DNA of 64,000 nucleotides from an uncultured Pseudomonadota bacterium (GCA_949298405.1 CASFWA010000002.1:10048-74047); one strand, 5' to 3'; counted from the stretch's first letter, positions 27,495 to 38,068 are shown. Numbers and translations are program-made. Notes: generated by a model from the sequence alone, not told the origin.

Positions 27495-27570
27495 TGGTGG
27501 GGACACAGGGACTCGAACCCTGGACCCAATGATTAAAAGTCATTTGCTCTACCAACTGAGCTATGTCCCC
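27495..27570 (-). tRNA. tRNA-Lys (anticodon TTT), 76 nt with encoded CCA
   Basis: Reverse complement GGGGACA-TA-GCTC-AGTTGGTA-GAGC-A-AATGA-CTTTTAA-TCATT-GGGTC-CAGGG-TTCGAGT-CCCTG-TGTCCCC-A-CCA folds as a canonical cloverleaf. Confidence 0.9.
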
Positions 27571-27687
27571 AAAACGGAACCGGAAATAAGATTCTTTGTG
27601 GTCTCTTTTTCCGTGGTTCGGGGGCAATTTTGACATAAAAAAATATAAATTGCAAGAAAAAATAATCTTTTTTTACTTTTTTCTTTA

Positions 27688-28353
27688 TCATATACCGTCC
27701 GCAGAATCTTCGGTAATATCCTGGGGCATCCCGGTGGATGCCGGGGTACCACTATCCTGCCACTCTATTATACGTAAAATTATGTTTTTTACATGTTTCG
27801 CCACTATCGTCTTGTCCCTGTGAAAATTATGTTCCGTCATCAAATGCAATATCTCGCGACTTAACGATGATAATATCTGCTCTTGGTCACTTGTTAATAC
27901 ATTCCCTTTACTGGCACGATATATTATCTCGTCTATTTCATACCGGTATGCGCGCAAATTATTCATCTCCGAACGAGTTATCTTTAGTCTTTCTGCTATC
28001 TTTTTTACAGACCAATCCTGCAATTTATTAAAAGTTTCTAAGTGCACATTTACTTTTAAACCTAATGAGTGGCGCAAAAACACAACTATGTTTAATATCA
28101 CAGAATTTACTTTATCCGAAATATTACTCGCAAGACTTCTATTAACCTGACGAGAAATTCTATAATTCGTATAGTCATAAAGTAAAAACACTAAGGGTAT
28201 CGACAATAACGACGCAGCAATATTATCTATCAACCCACTAACATTCGGATTCCGGAATTTATCTAGGGATATTAAAAATAAAGTTATGCCCCCTATTACA
28301 GATAATATATACGGTATCGTTTTTAATAAAAGGTTTTTCAGCATTATACTCAT
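27688..28353 (-). CDS. hypothetical membrane protein
   Basis: 221 aa. Two N-terminal TM helices, then a charged/helical region. Confidence 0.45.
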   Translation of the reverse strand: MSIMLKNLLLKTIPYILSVIGGITLFLISLDKFRNPNVSGLIDNIAASLLSIPLVFLLYDYTNYRISRQVNRSLASNISDKVNSVILNIVVFLRHSLGLKVNVHLETFNKLQDWSVKKIAERLKITRSEMNNLRAYRYEIDEIIYRASKGNVLTSDQEQILSSLSREILHLMTEHNFHRDKTIVAKHVKNIILRIIEWQDSGTPASTGMPQDITEDSADGI

Positions 28354-28402
28354 GCTGATATTTTAACCAAAATCCCAATAACTTTTATATAAGAAGGCTT
28401 TC

Positions 28403-29647
28403 CTATACTATATCACTGCCCCCAGGACGCATCGTTTTAAAGATTTCCCCTGTCTTATTTGGCTCGTATGCGCACTTATTTTTTACAAACAGCAATGCCC
28501 ATAATCCAGTTAAACCTAATATAAGCCCAGCAAATAAAACACCATATCGCCAACTGCCCAAAGTACCACCAAACCCAATTAATAAACACATTAACACATA
28601 ACTAACATTATCCCCAATACTATATAAAGACAGCATTACAGGTCTATGCGATGTTGGAATAAAGTCTTGCAATCGCGCAAATAATAAAATAAATAACCCG
28701 CTAAGCAAAACATAACCTATTCCTAAGAATAACAAACCTGAAACAGAATAAAAGATAGAAAATGCAACAAAACTGATACCCAATGCGCATATAGCAGTAT
28801 ATAAAATCCAATCTTTTATTTTACTAAATCTATATGCGAAAGTCTGCCCCAGCACAGAGCACCCCAAACAGAAAAATGACACAATACCAACATATTCAAC
28901 CGGCAGCCCTATTTCTACACCAATAAGGCTTAAATAATCATCCAGATATGCAAAATTTGAAAACAACCACAAAACCATCGCTACCATAAATATACAAGGC
29001 ATTTTTCTGCAAATTCTAAATGCTGTTTTTATGAAAGATATAGAACGGATTTTCTTTGCCTTTTTCGGTTCTTTTGTTTTTTTATGTTTAAACTTAATAG
29101 ATAGTATAAAAAGACTGGAAACAACCAATGCGGTAACTGATGCCAAAGTAATCCATTCATAACCAAAAAACATTAACAGAGACCCAGACGCTGCAAACGC
29201 AACCGCCATTGCTTGAATGTTATATATTACCCCAAGCACCCTCGCATAAAGATTCCGGTGGTGTCTGGCACTTAACTCGTCATAAACGACAGTCTCAAAC
29301 GATACATTATATATCGCGGTTTGCGTCCCCCATAAAAACATTCCCACTGCAAAACCCCAAAAAGTAGGGACAAATAGCCATAGTATAAATGCCGCCGCCT
29401 TTAAAAACTGCCCGAATATTATGGAATATTTATGACCTATTTTATTTGCAAGCCACGTGACCGGAATTTGTGATGCAATAATACCAACAGATAAAATTAT
29501 AAACAAAGAAGATAGTTGCATGTCTGTCATGCCGTTGTCTTGCATAAATACAGAATACACCGGTGCCAACAAAAGCATTTTATTAAAGAAAGAAAAACCG
29601 TAAATACATGTCAAAAAATGCTTTATGGCACTATGCGCCTTTTTCAT
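28403..29647 (-). CDS. MFS-type transporter
   Basis: 414 aa with about 12 hydrophobic segments in an MFS-like arrangement. Confidence 0.7.
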   Translation of the reverse strand: MKKAHSAIKHFLTCIYGFSFFNKMLLLAPVYSVFMQDNGMTDMQLSSLFIILSVGIIASQIPVTWLANKIGHKYSIIFGQFLKAAAFILWLFVPTFWGFAVGMFLWGTQTAIYNVSFETVVYDELSARHHRNLYARVLGVIYNIQAMAVAFAASGSLLMFFGYEWITLASVTALVVSSLFILSIKFKHKKTKEPKKAKKIRSISFIKTAFRICRKMPCIFMVAMVLWLFSNFAYLDDYLSLIGVEIGLPVEYVGIVSFFCLGCSVLGQTFAYRFSKIKDWILYTAICALGISFVAFSIFYSVSGLLFLGIGYVLLSGLFILLFARLQDFIPTSHRPVMLSLYSIGDNVSYVLMCLLIGFGGTLGSWRYGVLFAGLILGLTGLWALLFVKNKCAYEPNKTGEIFKTMRPGGSDIV

Positions 29648-29779
29648 ACCCTTCCCCGTTTATAAAGATAAATCACTTCTTTGATTATAACTCAAAAGCC
29701 CCCTTTTTTGTACTAAAAACATTGAATTTTTGTCAAAAAGCATTATAATTAATTGGGTATAAAGCAACAGAGGTTTCTG

Positions 29780-32191
29780 ATGGCAGATGTAAATATGAAC
29801 GATTTTCTTTTACAATATTATATGCAGTTGCATTTCAATGCAATGCCACCTGAAATCTTTGCTAAATATCAAGATTATGTAAAAGCAGATGACTTCCGTG
29901 GCAATATGAAAGATTGGAAGTCAAAATTAATGCACCAAGACAATAGTGGGAAATGGGTAAAAAATGGCCTACCTGACCCAAATGATGCAAATGGTAATTT
30001 CCACCTGACTGACGATGAATGGAAAAAGTTATTTAACGCTTTTCAGGGTGCTATGCGCGCCATGTCTGCCAACACCAAAAGTTTTGCAGAAAATTCTAAG
30101 GCAAACGCTTTCCTTAAAGAATATTTTGGCGATCCTGCTACACATCTATTCTCGAACGGTACCGCAAATCAGACCGCAGAAGCACAAATTCAAGTTCTGA
30201 AAAATTTGTTGTCTGACAATAATTTTCGATCAACCTTAAATTTCTATATCAAGGATATTTTAAAAGAAGCAGAAATTTCTTATTCCGATTTATTAAGTGG
30301 AATTAATTCTAAAAAATATAATACCGACCCTAAATTCCAAACAACTTTAAAACAAGTTGCAAGTTATATGAACTATTATGTTCATAACGACCAGAATTTG
30401 GCTAACTCCCCGTATGGGACACAAGACTTTTCTGCAATTGAATCTGGTTTTGATGACGCAACGGTTTCACAAAATAAACTTGATTACTTTAAAAGAAATT
30501 ATAAAACCCTTTTAAATACTCTGCATAACGATTCAAAAGTTTATGAAGTATTTAAAAGTTTTGATAAGGGTAAAATCTCTAAATCTTTAGATGCAGCATT
30601 AAGCAAAGTAGATTATGCAAATAAAGATAGCAAAGATTATGTTCCTCCAAAACGCAGTGACGAATTAACCCCATGGCAACACTTACAAGGTGAAATAAGC
30701 GATACACTTGAAGATTATATGGGGAAATATATTCATCTACGTGGTGATAGATTATATTTTTCTGATTCCGCAAAACTAATTATAAAAGCTATTGATGGAA
30801 CAAAGTTCAAACCGACTGACGGTATCGCAAAAGTATTGGAAAACGCAGGAAAAATTAAAGAAAACTTGCTTTATAAATCACCACGCGCGACTGACCATTT
30901 TGATTGGTTTTCTAAAACACTGGGTGAATTAAAATCTACTATGCCCAAGGCTTTTGATGGTGCTTTAAAAAATGCACGTCAAATGAAAGCGCTGATAGAA
31001 GAAATGATTATCAAAGTAGTTCGTGAAAATAAAATAGATGAAGCAAAAACTGCTATGGAGGTTCTATCCGTAATTAAGTATGGTTATACAACTAGCAAAA
31101 TTATGGACACACTTAGTAAAGAACAGTTAACTATATTCTCTGATGGTGGATTATCTTGGAATAAAAACGAAGGTGTAAAATTTGTCACAACTGCAATGGA
31201 CAAAAGTATAAAAGCGGCCTTTATGGGGGTTGGATATGTTATTACCGCTGCAGGAAACGCCTATAAACTGTCTGGCAGTAAATTTAACGGAAAAACAAAA
31301 CGCATAAAGGGCAAAAGGGATGCATGGTTAAATGATAACGCCACAGGATTACAAGCAGCAACACAAAACCGCGATACAGAAAATCAAATTGATATAACAG
31401 ACCGTGGCAATCAAGAAACTATACTGCAAGGTACAGGCATAACCGATCAAACAATAGCCCAAGAAAAACAAAACCTTGAAACATTTAAACAAGATGCAGA
31501 ACAAAAACACTCTGTTTTAGAAACGGCGTCAACAACTTATAATGATGCAAGAAGCCTTATTGATGAAGATGACTCTTATACCGCGCAAATAAACCAATTA
31601 AATGCTGATATGCAACAAATAGCAGCAGATATAGCACAGATAGATAACGATTTACGAAACCCCAATACTTTTGCTGGAATGCCGCCTGCCGCTGCAAATG
31701 CATACGCAAATGATTTAATGAGGCAAAAACGCGACAAACAAAATCTTGGTCAAAAGAAATTAAAACAAGCACAAGATTTAAGAAATCAACAAATGCAAAT
31801 TAATCAGCAGGCTTTAACAAATGCACGCGCAAATATAAACAGATATCAACAGAATTTTGTAAATGCAGAAAACGATTACAATGCTGCACAAACACGCGCA
31901 GACGATTTAAATACAAAAATAAATGATTTCACACTTGCGTCAAGCCGTATAAAAGAACTTAACGATAGAATAAACAAAAGAAATGAAGAGGTTTCAAACT
32001 GGGATAATAACCATAAAGACAAATATAAAGAACTTATGGCCTACTGGGACTTCTTAGAATCTGGTCGCGATTCTCATACAGGTAACATGTATTCTTGGAT
32101 GCCGGGCAGCGCAAAGAAAAAGCAAGCAAAATTTGATGCAAATAAAATTGCTCAACTTCAAGCGTATATGTCCAATTATAATGTGGCTTGA
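29780..32191 (+). CDS. large hypothetical protein with Q/N-rich coiled-coil C-terminal third
   Basis: About 803-812 aa (the ORF track starts at 29753; MADVNMNDF at 29780 is also possible). No signal peptide and no TM helix. The C-terminal 250 aa are heptad-like and Q/N/K-rich. Confidence 0.55.
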   Translation: MADVNMNDFLLQYYMQLHFNAMPPEIFAKYQDYVKADDFRGNMKDWKSKLMHQDNSGKWVKNGLPDPNDANGNFHLTDDEWKKLFNAFQGAMRAMSANTKSFAENSKANAFLKEYFGDPATHLFSNGTANQTAEAQIQVLKNLLSDNNFRSTLNFYIKDILKEAEISYSDLLSGINSKKYNTDPKFQTTLKQVASYMNYYVHNDQNLANSPYGTQDFSAIESGFDDATVSQNKLDYFKRNYKTLLNTLHNDSKVYEVFKSFDKGKISKSLDAALSKVDYANKDSKDYVPPKRSDELTPWQHLQGEISDTLEDYMGKYIHLRGDRLYFSDSAKLIIKAIDGTKFKPTDGIAKVLENAGKIKENLLYKSPRATDHFDWFSKTLGELKSTMPKAFDGALKNARQMKALIEEMIIKVVRENKIDEAKTAMEVLSVIKYGYTTSKIMDTLSKEQLTIFSDGGLSWNKNEGVKFVTTAMDKSIKAAFMGVGYVITAAGNAYKLSGSKFNGKTKRIKGKRDAWLNDNATGLQAATQNRDTENQIDITDRGNQETILQGTGITDQTIAQEKQNLETFKQDAEQKHSVLETASTTYNDARSLIDEDDSYTAQINQLNADMQQIAADIAQIDNDLRNPNTFAGMPPAAANAYANDLMRQKRDKQNLGQKKLKQAQDLRNQQMQINQQALTNARANINRYQQNFVNAENDYNAAQTRADDLNTKINDFTLASSRIKELNDRINKRNEEVSNWDNNHKDKYKELMAYWDFLESGRDSHTGNMYSWMPGSAKKKQAKFDANKIAQLQAYMSNYNVA

Positions 32192-32230
32192 TTTTTTCTG
32201 GTGTTTATGTTATAATTACGTTTATAAAAC

Positions 32231-32258
32231 AACCGCCGTTCTGGCGGTTTTCTTTTTT
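32231..32258 (+). terminator. rho-independent terminator
   Basis: AACCGCC-GTTCT-GGCGGTT followed by TTCTTTTTT. Confidence 0.7.
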
Positions 32259-32286
32259 CAATTTTTTATAACATAAAGGATTATAT

Positions 32287-32859
32287 ATGGCTCGCGTTTT
32301 ACAAATTCGACGCGGTACAACCGCTCAAAATGATAACTTTACAGGTTTATCTGGCGAAATCACTTTCGATACAGATGCAAAAACTATCCGCGTTCACGAC
32401 GGTCAAACCCTTGGAGGATTTCCTCTCGCACGCGCGAACAAAGATTCTTCATCCGGTGACGGTAGTTTTGATATAACATCCGTCCCAGATGAAACTTGGC
32501 AAGAAATTTTTGCCAACTTTGCCCCAGCACCATTGACAATGTTGGAAAGTACTTTAATCTCTGTTCCAAATGCGACTGCATTAGATTATATATTTGATTG
32601 CAATAAACCTGCTAAAATTATTCAGACTATGCTTGTATGTCAAACCCCAGAAGCAGGATACAGTATAGGTGATGAAGTTTCCGCTTTCGGTATAGACAAC
32701 AGAACCAACCCTGCACCAAACACTTTTATAGACCAAAGCGGTCTGCACGTTCGCCTGATGATAGGTAATAAACCTTTCTGGGTAAGCCATAAAGATACAG
32801 GAAATACAACAAATATAACAAACGAAAATTGGCGCATTTTATTCAGAGTTTACTGTTGA
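32287..32859 (+). CDS. phage tail-fibre-like protein with Mtd_N-type N-terminal domain
   Basis: The N-terminus VLQIRRGTTAQNDNFTGLSGEITFDTDAKTIRVHDGQTLGGFPLAR closely parallels the N-terminus of the Bordetella phage BPP-1 major tropism determinant (VQFRGGTTAQHATFTGAAREITVDTDKNTVVVHDGATAGGFPLAR, recalled from memory). The protein is short (190 aa). Confidence 0.55.
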   Translation: MARVLQIRRGTTAQNDNFTGLSGEITFDTDAKTIRVHDGQTLGGFPLARANKDSSSGDGSFDITSVPDETWQEIFANFAPAPLTMLESTLISVPNATALDYIFDCNKPAKIIQTMLVCQTPEAGYSIGDEVSAFGIDNRTNPAPNTFIDQSGLHVRLMIGNKPFWVSHKDTGNTTNITNENWRILFRVYC

Positions 32860-32910
32860 AACACTTAAAATCATCTGCTATGCTTGCCCCATAGAAAAAA
32901 GAGGTTTTAA

Positions 32911-34152
32911 ATGTACATACTTGCTTTGAACTGTGGTTCTTCTTCATTAAAGTATCAAGTCTTTGATGCAGATTCAAAAAAAGCCGTTGTTGGCGGAAAT
33001 GTGGAAAAAATCGGTCTGCCCGATTCTTTTATAACCCAGAAATATCCTGACGGCACAAAACAGCGCAAAGACACAGAAATGAAAAACCATGACGAAGCAC
33101 TGAATGTCGTATTATTTATGTTGCGCGAAGCATCTATTGATATGAATGAAATCAAGGGCGTTGGTCATCGCGTTGTTATGGGTGGCGACAAATTCGCTTC
33201 TTCCGTTGAAATTAATGACGAAGTTATCAAAACTATTGACGAACTTTCTTCAATAGCACCTTTACACAATCCTTCCGCACTAATGGGCATTGTCACCGCA
33301 AAACAACTTTTACCAAATGCTAAACAAGTTGCTGTTTTTGACACGGCTTTTCATCAGACAATGCCGGACTATGCGTATCGTTATGCAGTACCTAGTGCAT
33401 GGTATACAGAACTTGGCGTCCGCAGATATGGCTTTCATGGGACATCTCACTTGTATGTTTCTAAGCGCGCCGCAAAACTATTGGGCAAACCCGCTTCTGA
33501 ATGCAACCTGATTACTTTACATATTGGTTCTGGCGCATCTGCAACTGCAATCAAAAACGGTATATCTGTTGATACTTCTTTGGGTATGACACCACTGGCA
33601 GGTTTAACAATGGGTACAAGACCAGGTGACCTGGACCCAGGTGTTGTTCTTTATGTTATGCAACGTTTGGGACTAAGTGCAGACCAAATGCAAAAGCATT
33701 TAAATAAAGATTCCGGTCTGTTAGGTTTAACAGAATGCTTTGTTGACCGTAGAGATGTTGAATCCAATAGGGACGGAAACGACAAATGCCGTTTAGCCAT
33801 CGATACAGAAGTTCATAATGTAAAAAAATATATCGGTGCTTACATGGCAGAACTTGGACATGTAGACGCAATTGTCTTTACCGCGGGGGTTGGTGAAAAC
33901 GATGACTATCTGCGTGAAAAATTCTGCAGTGGTCTGGAAGAACTGGGAATAAAGTTAGATAAAGAAAAGAACGCTGTATCTTTGGCTCGCAAAGGTGTTG
34001 ATGAAGCAGAAATCAGCACCCCTGATAGCAAGGTCAAAGTATTTATGATTGCAACAAATGAAGAACTTGTAATCGTAGAAGATACATTGGCTATTATGAA
34101 CGGAACATATAATTCAAATCATTTGGAAATGGATTATTCATTTGCGAAATAA
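32911..34152 (+). CDS. ackA: acetate kinase
   Basis: 413 aa. N-terminal ILALNCGSSSLKYQVF and other conserved AckA motifs. Confidence 0.9.
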   Translation: MYILALNCGSSSLKYQVFDADSKKAVVGGNVEKIGLPDSFITQKYPDGTKQRKDTEMKNHDEALNVVLFMLREASIDMNEIKGVGHRVVMGGDKFASSVEINDEVIKTIDELSSIAPLHNPSALMGIVTAKQLLPNAKQVAVFDTAFHQTMPDYAYRYAVPSAWYTELGVRRYGFHGTSHLYVSKRAAKLLGKPASECNLITLHIGSGASATAIKNGISVDTSLGMTPLAGLTMGTRPGDLDPGVVLYVMQRLGLSADQMQKHLNKDSGLLGLTECFVDRRDVESNRDGNDKCRLAIDTEVHNVKKYIGAYMAELGHVDAIVFTAGVGENDDYLREKFCSGLEELGIKLDKEKNAVSLARKGVDEAEISTPDSKVKVFMIATNEELVIVEDTLAIMNGTYNSNHLEMDYSFAK

Positions 34153-34154
34153 AA

Positions 34155-34180
34155 AGCGCCCTTCGGGGCGTTTTTTATTT
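34155..34180. terminator. bidirectional rho-independent terminator between ackA and the convergent protease gene
   Basis: AAAAAGCGCCC-TTCG-GGGCGTTTTTT. Confidence 0.7.
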
Positions 34181-35467
34181 TATTAAATCACCTGCTTTTA
34201 TATATTCTGGGGAATCTTTTTTCAGATTTTTCCTTGCAAGTCGTGCATATTTTACAGAATTCTTTTTATCCCCCATCATATGATAATATTCTGCACGCGC
34301 CCAATCTGCTCTGCCATCATCGTATGCACGCGCCAATACCCAATAAGTTAATGGTGCGGGCTGTGATAATAAAGAACGCTTGCACAACTCTATTGCACGC
34401 GCTTTATCACCTGGCTTATTCCTTTCTGTTAAAACTAATGCCAGCGCAGTTTCTATCTGTGGTGCGCCCGACTGCAAAGACAAACTCTTTTCATATGCTT
34501 TTACACTATCATCATACCGCCCCAATTGATAATCTATATCGCCCAACAACTCATAAAAATATGGGTTACCCGGATTCTTAGAAATTAATGCTTGCGTTCC
34601 AACACGTGCACCTTCTAATTTTCCTGCCTGCATAAGTGCTATGGCACGTGCATAACCTGCAGCGTCTGATTTATCTGAATTCGGATATAGGGATGATACC
34701 CTATCTGGACTATCAAGATAGCCTATCAATTTTGCTTGTATTAATTTAAATTCTTCTTCCTGATTTTTTGTTGGTGCATTAGATGCCGTGTAATCTGAAT
34801 CTATGTTTTTTATCTGCGTCTTTATATTATTCAGTCGTTCAGATGTTAGTGGGTGGTTGATTTTATTCGGATTTACTTTGGATTCCAATACAGATGTCAT
34901 TTCACCCATTTGCTCTAAAACCTGCACAAAACCATTTGGGTCAAGTTTTGCTTTTACCAACAACTTCAACCCCATATCATCCGCAATTCTTTCTTCATCA
35001 CGAGTAAACGCCAGCATAGATTGCTGCGCTACACCACTGGACCCCGCCAAGACCCCTGCACCTAGTGACGGATTCCCACCAGCAACCATTAACCCCACAC
35101 CCAATGCTTGTATTAACATGGCGCGTTTTAATTCCGCATCCATTCGTGATGACATCTGTGCCATATGCCCGCCAATAGTATGCCCCATTTCGTGCGCTAT
35201 TACCGCTTGAAGCGCAGACGGGGACTTTATCTGTGTAAGTAACCCCGTATAAACATATATATCTTCGCCGCCCATTACAAATGCATTAAAATCATCACTG
35301 TTTATAATATGAACTTTCAATCTGCCGTCTGGAACATCTGCAGCACGACCAATTGGTGCCACCAATTCCATTAAAACTTTTTCTGTTTCTGTATCATTTA
35401 TTAATGATGCGGCATGTGCAGAAATAGAAAACAAAGCACTCATAAAAATCGTCAGAATCTTACGCAC
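34175..35467 (-). CDS. periplasmic M48 metalloprotease with TPR repeats (BepA/YfgC-like)
   Basis: 430 aa. Signal peptide, zinc motif HEMGHTIGGH, C-terminal TPR-like repeats. Confidence 0.7.
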   Translation of the reverse strand: MRKILTIFMSALFSISAHAASLINDTETEKVLMELVAPIGRAADVPDGRLKVHIINSDDFNAFVMGGEDIYVYTGLLTQIKSPSALQAVIAHEMGHTIGGHMAQMSSRMDAELKRAMLIQALGVGLMVAGGNPSLGAGVLAGSSGVAQQSMLAFTRDEERIADDMGLKLLVKAKLDPNGFVQVLEQMGEMTSVLESKVNPNKINHPLTSERLNNIKTQIKNIDSDYTASNAPTKNQEEEFKLIQAKLIGYLDSPDRVSSLYPNSDKSDAAGYARAIALMQAGKLEGARVGTQALISKNPGNPYFYELLGDIDYQLGRYDDSVKAYEKSLSLQSGAPQIETALALVLTERNKPGDKARAIELCKRSLLSQPAPLTYWVLARAYDDGRADWARAEYYHMMGDKKNSVKYARLARKNLKKDSPEYIKAGDLIK

Positions 35468-37514
35468 TGATTCCTACCCCCCTGTCAAAAATATACATCA
35501 AGTCACGAGTCCATGCATCAGGAACATCTACATCCCTTGCAGCATTTGCCGCCAATTTAAACAAATCATGATGCATTCTATAATCTACAAAGTGATAGTT
35601 TATCCAACCGCTTTGACGCGTTCCAAGTAATTCACCCGTGCCACGCATTATTAAATCTTGTTCCGCTATCTTAAACCCGTCTTCGGTTTCTGTTAGAACT
35701 TCTAATCTCTTTAAGCCCTCTTCGCTGATATTACGCCCATATACTAATATACAATAAGACTGTAAATTACCGCGCCCAACACGACCACGCAACTGATGCA
35801 ACGCCGCAAGCCCAAACCTTTCGGCATTCTCTATCACTATTATAGAAGCAGATGGAACATCAATACCAACCTCTATAACTGTTGTTGCTATCAATATACG
35901 CATATCTGACTTATCATCTGCAAACTTAGCCATAACCGCATCACGTTGCTTCTTGTCCATCTGCCCATGAACAAGCCTCGCATCAGGAAAATATTTCTTC
36001 AAGTCTTCATATCTTGACTCAACAGCGGTCATATCTGATTGCTCGGACTCTTCAACCAAAGGACATACCCAAAATACTTTGGCACCACCAGCAATCTGTG
36101 TGCGCAGACGATAAACCAGTTCTTCTAGTCTCGTAATCGACAACTTAGTAGTCTTAATCGGCAATCTGCCAGCTGGTTTTTCATTTATAATAGATACATC
36201 CATATCACCGTAAATTGTCATAGACAATGTTCGTGGTATCGGGGTTGCAGATAAAGCAAGTAAATCTGGGTTTTCTCCTTTTGCACGCAAGGCCTCGCGC
36301 TGAGATACACCAAACCTATGCTGTTCGTCCACAATAACCAAACCTAAATCTTTATATTCTACGTCTTCTGAAAAAAGAGCATGCGTACCAACAACTATTT
36401 TCGTTCTGCCAGAACGCAACGATACCAACTTTTCACGTCTGGCCACACCTTTATCACGCCCAGTTAAAACATCGCAGACTATACCAATTTTATCGCACAT
36501 CGGTTTTATCTTTGCGTAATGTTGCTGTGCCAAAGTATCTGTCGGTGCAAGTAATGCTGTCTGTGCACCACTTTCGGCCATCTTTACCGCTGCAGCAAGT
36601 GCGACTATTGTTTTGCCACTGCCTACATCCCCCTGCACCAGGCGCATCATAGGAATATCACGTGCCATATCTGTAAATATTTCTTCAACTGTACGCGACT
36701 GAGCCCCAGTCATAGAAAACGGCAACACAGAATAAAACTTTTCTAACAAATCGTATTTCTTTGCCCTGACCTTTCGTTTGTTTCGCGCGTCTTTTCTGTT
36801 TTTGCGGCTTATCACAATAGCAGATTGATGTGCCAATAGTTCCCAATATGCAAGTTTTACCACATATACAGAATTCGGATTCAAGTCATCTGCACTTTCT
36901 GGAAAATGCACATGACGAAGCGCATCAAAAAACTCTATGACCTGTGCGTCCGTTTCATACGATATCTTTTCTGGCAACATTGCGAATATCTGGTCACGAA
37001 CATTTGCAAAGGTCTTTTGTGTCAGACCTTCCCCGGAAGGATATATCGCCTGAATAGAAGGTATCTTTTCTGCATTTTGCATTTCTTCTATAAAATCAGG
37101 ATGATTTATTATTGCACGGTTGCCTTTTTCTAGTTTTCCACTTATCATACGCCACTGACCAATAGGAAGTTTCTTTAACCAATAATCTAAAAAATTAACA
37201 TTAAAAAACTGAATTAAAACTGTATTACCCATTTTATCGGCACATGTAATCTGCGTCGGTGTGCGTCTGCCACGAAAAAAGCCGCCCTTTTTATGCGCTT
37301 TTATTAATAAAGGCACAGTCACAATATCCCCCGCAACAGCAGTTGAAATGTCTTCGGTAATTCCACGCGCGCGAATATAAGCAGGTATATGCAGCATAAA
37401 GTCAAGAACTCTACGCCCACCTAAAACATCTTCAAAGCGCGCAGCCAAAACAGGCCCCACACCCTTTATAAACTGCAAATCTGTGTTTAAAAAATCAAAC
37501 AGTTCTTTCTTCAT
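35460..37514 (-). CDS. recG: ATP-dependent DNA helicase RecG
   Basis: 684 aa. Wedge domain, helicase motifs GDVGSGKT and DEQHRFG. Confidence 0.9.
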   Translation of the reverse strand: MKKELFDFLNTDLQFIKGVGPVLAARFEDVLGGRRVLDFMLHIPAYIRARGITEDISTAVAGDIVTVPLLIKAHKKGGFFRGRRTPTQITCADKMGNTVLIQFFNVNFLDYWLKKLPIGQWRMISGKLEKGNRAIINHPDFIEEMQNAEKIPSIQAIYPSGEGLTQKTFANVRDQIFAMLPEKISYETDAQVIEFFDALRHVHFPESADDLNPNSVYVVKLAYWELLAHQSAIVISRKNRKDARNKRKVRAKKYDLLEKFYSVLPFSMTGAQSRTVEEIFTDMARDIPMMRLVQGDVGSGKTIVALAAAVKMAESGAQTALLAPTDTLAQQHYAKIKPMCDKIGIVCDVLTGRDKGVARREKLVSLRSGRTKIVVGTHALFSEDVEYKDLGLVIVDEQHRFGVSQREALRAKGENPDLLALSATPIPRTLSMTIYGDMDVSIINEKPAGRLPIKTTKLSITRLEELVYRLRTQIAGGAKVFWVCPLVEESEQSDMTAVESRYEDLKKYFPDARLVHGQMDKKQRDAVMAKFADDKSDMRILIATTVIEVGIDVPSASIIVIENAERFGLAALHQLRGRVGRGNLQSYCILVYGRNISEEGLKRLEVLTETEDGFKIAEQDLIMRGTGELLGTRQSGWINYHFVDYRMHHDLFKLAANAARDVDVPDAWTRDLMYIFDRGVGISA

Positions 37515-37566
37515 ATACTATAAAATTAGCCAAAATACTAAAACTTCGCAATAAAATAAAAACATA

Positions 37567-37598
37567 AAAAGCGCCCCAAAAGGGACGCTTTTTATTCC
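37567..37598 (-). terminator. terminator after the ycgN-rph operon
   Basis: AGCGCCCC-AAAA-GGGACGCT with flanking A/T runs. Confidence 0.5.
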
Positions 37599-37613
37599 TT
37601 TCACGTTAACTAC

Positions 37614-38066
37614 TTATCTTTGCCACTTTATGGAATCTGTTAATATATGCCCCAAAACCTTACTTTGTGGCATCTTATTAAAATCTTTATCCTTGATTGG
37701 TTGTATACGAGAAAAATCTACTTTTGCAGGATATTTTGCAGGTCCGAAAATATATTCCACATACCCACAAGACGCAGGCAATAATTCATTATTCAGCACT
37801 ATATCTAAATTAACTTTCTGACATTCGCCCTTTTCTGCTTCTATTCTCTTTTTATAGATTTTACATGCTTTGGTTGAACAATCTAAATGTTCGCAACAAA
37901 AATCTGTATATAAAGTAATGTCTTTAAATCCTGATGATAATTTTATCAAACAACACATACCACACCTTTTACAAAGTGCTTCCCATTCTTTTGGCGTCAT
38001 TCGACGCAATTCCGCAACTCTCTTTAACTGTTCAGGGGTCAGTTTTACCTTATTATCTGATAGCAT
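37614..38066 (-). CDS. YcgN/UPF0260-family Cys-rich protein
   Basis: CKRCGMCC...C..L.C..C..Y is the CxxCGxCC zinc/iron-chelating pattern of YcgN. Start chosen at MLSDNKV (4-nt overlap with the rph stop); the ORF track extends to 38111. Confidence 0.55.
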   Translation of the reverse strand: MLSDNKVKLTPEQLKRVAELRRMTPKEWEALCKRCGMCCLIKLSSGFKDITLYTDFCCEHLDCSTKACKIYKKRIEAEKGECQKVNLDIVLNNELLPASCGYVEYIFGPAKYPAKVDFSRIQPIKDKDFNKMPQSKVLGHILTDSIKWQR

Positions 38067-38068
38067 AT

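Noticed and set aside
32287-32859. A diversity-generating retroelement targeting the Mtd_N-like genes
   Set aside because: No reverse transcriptase, Avd-like gene or template/variable repeat pair could be found in the window. Only the Mtd-like N-terminal domain is present.
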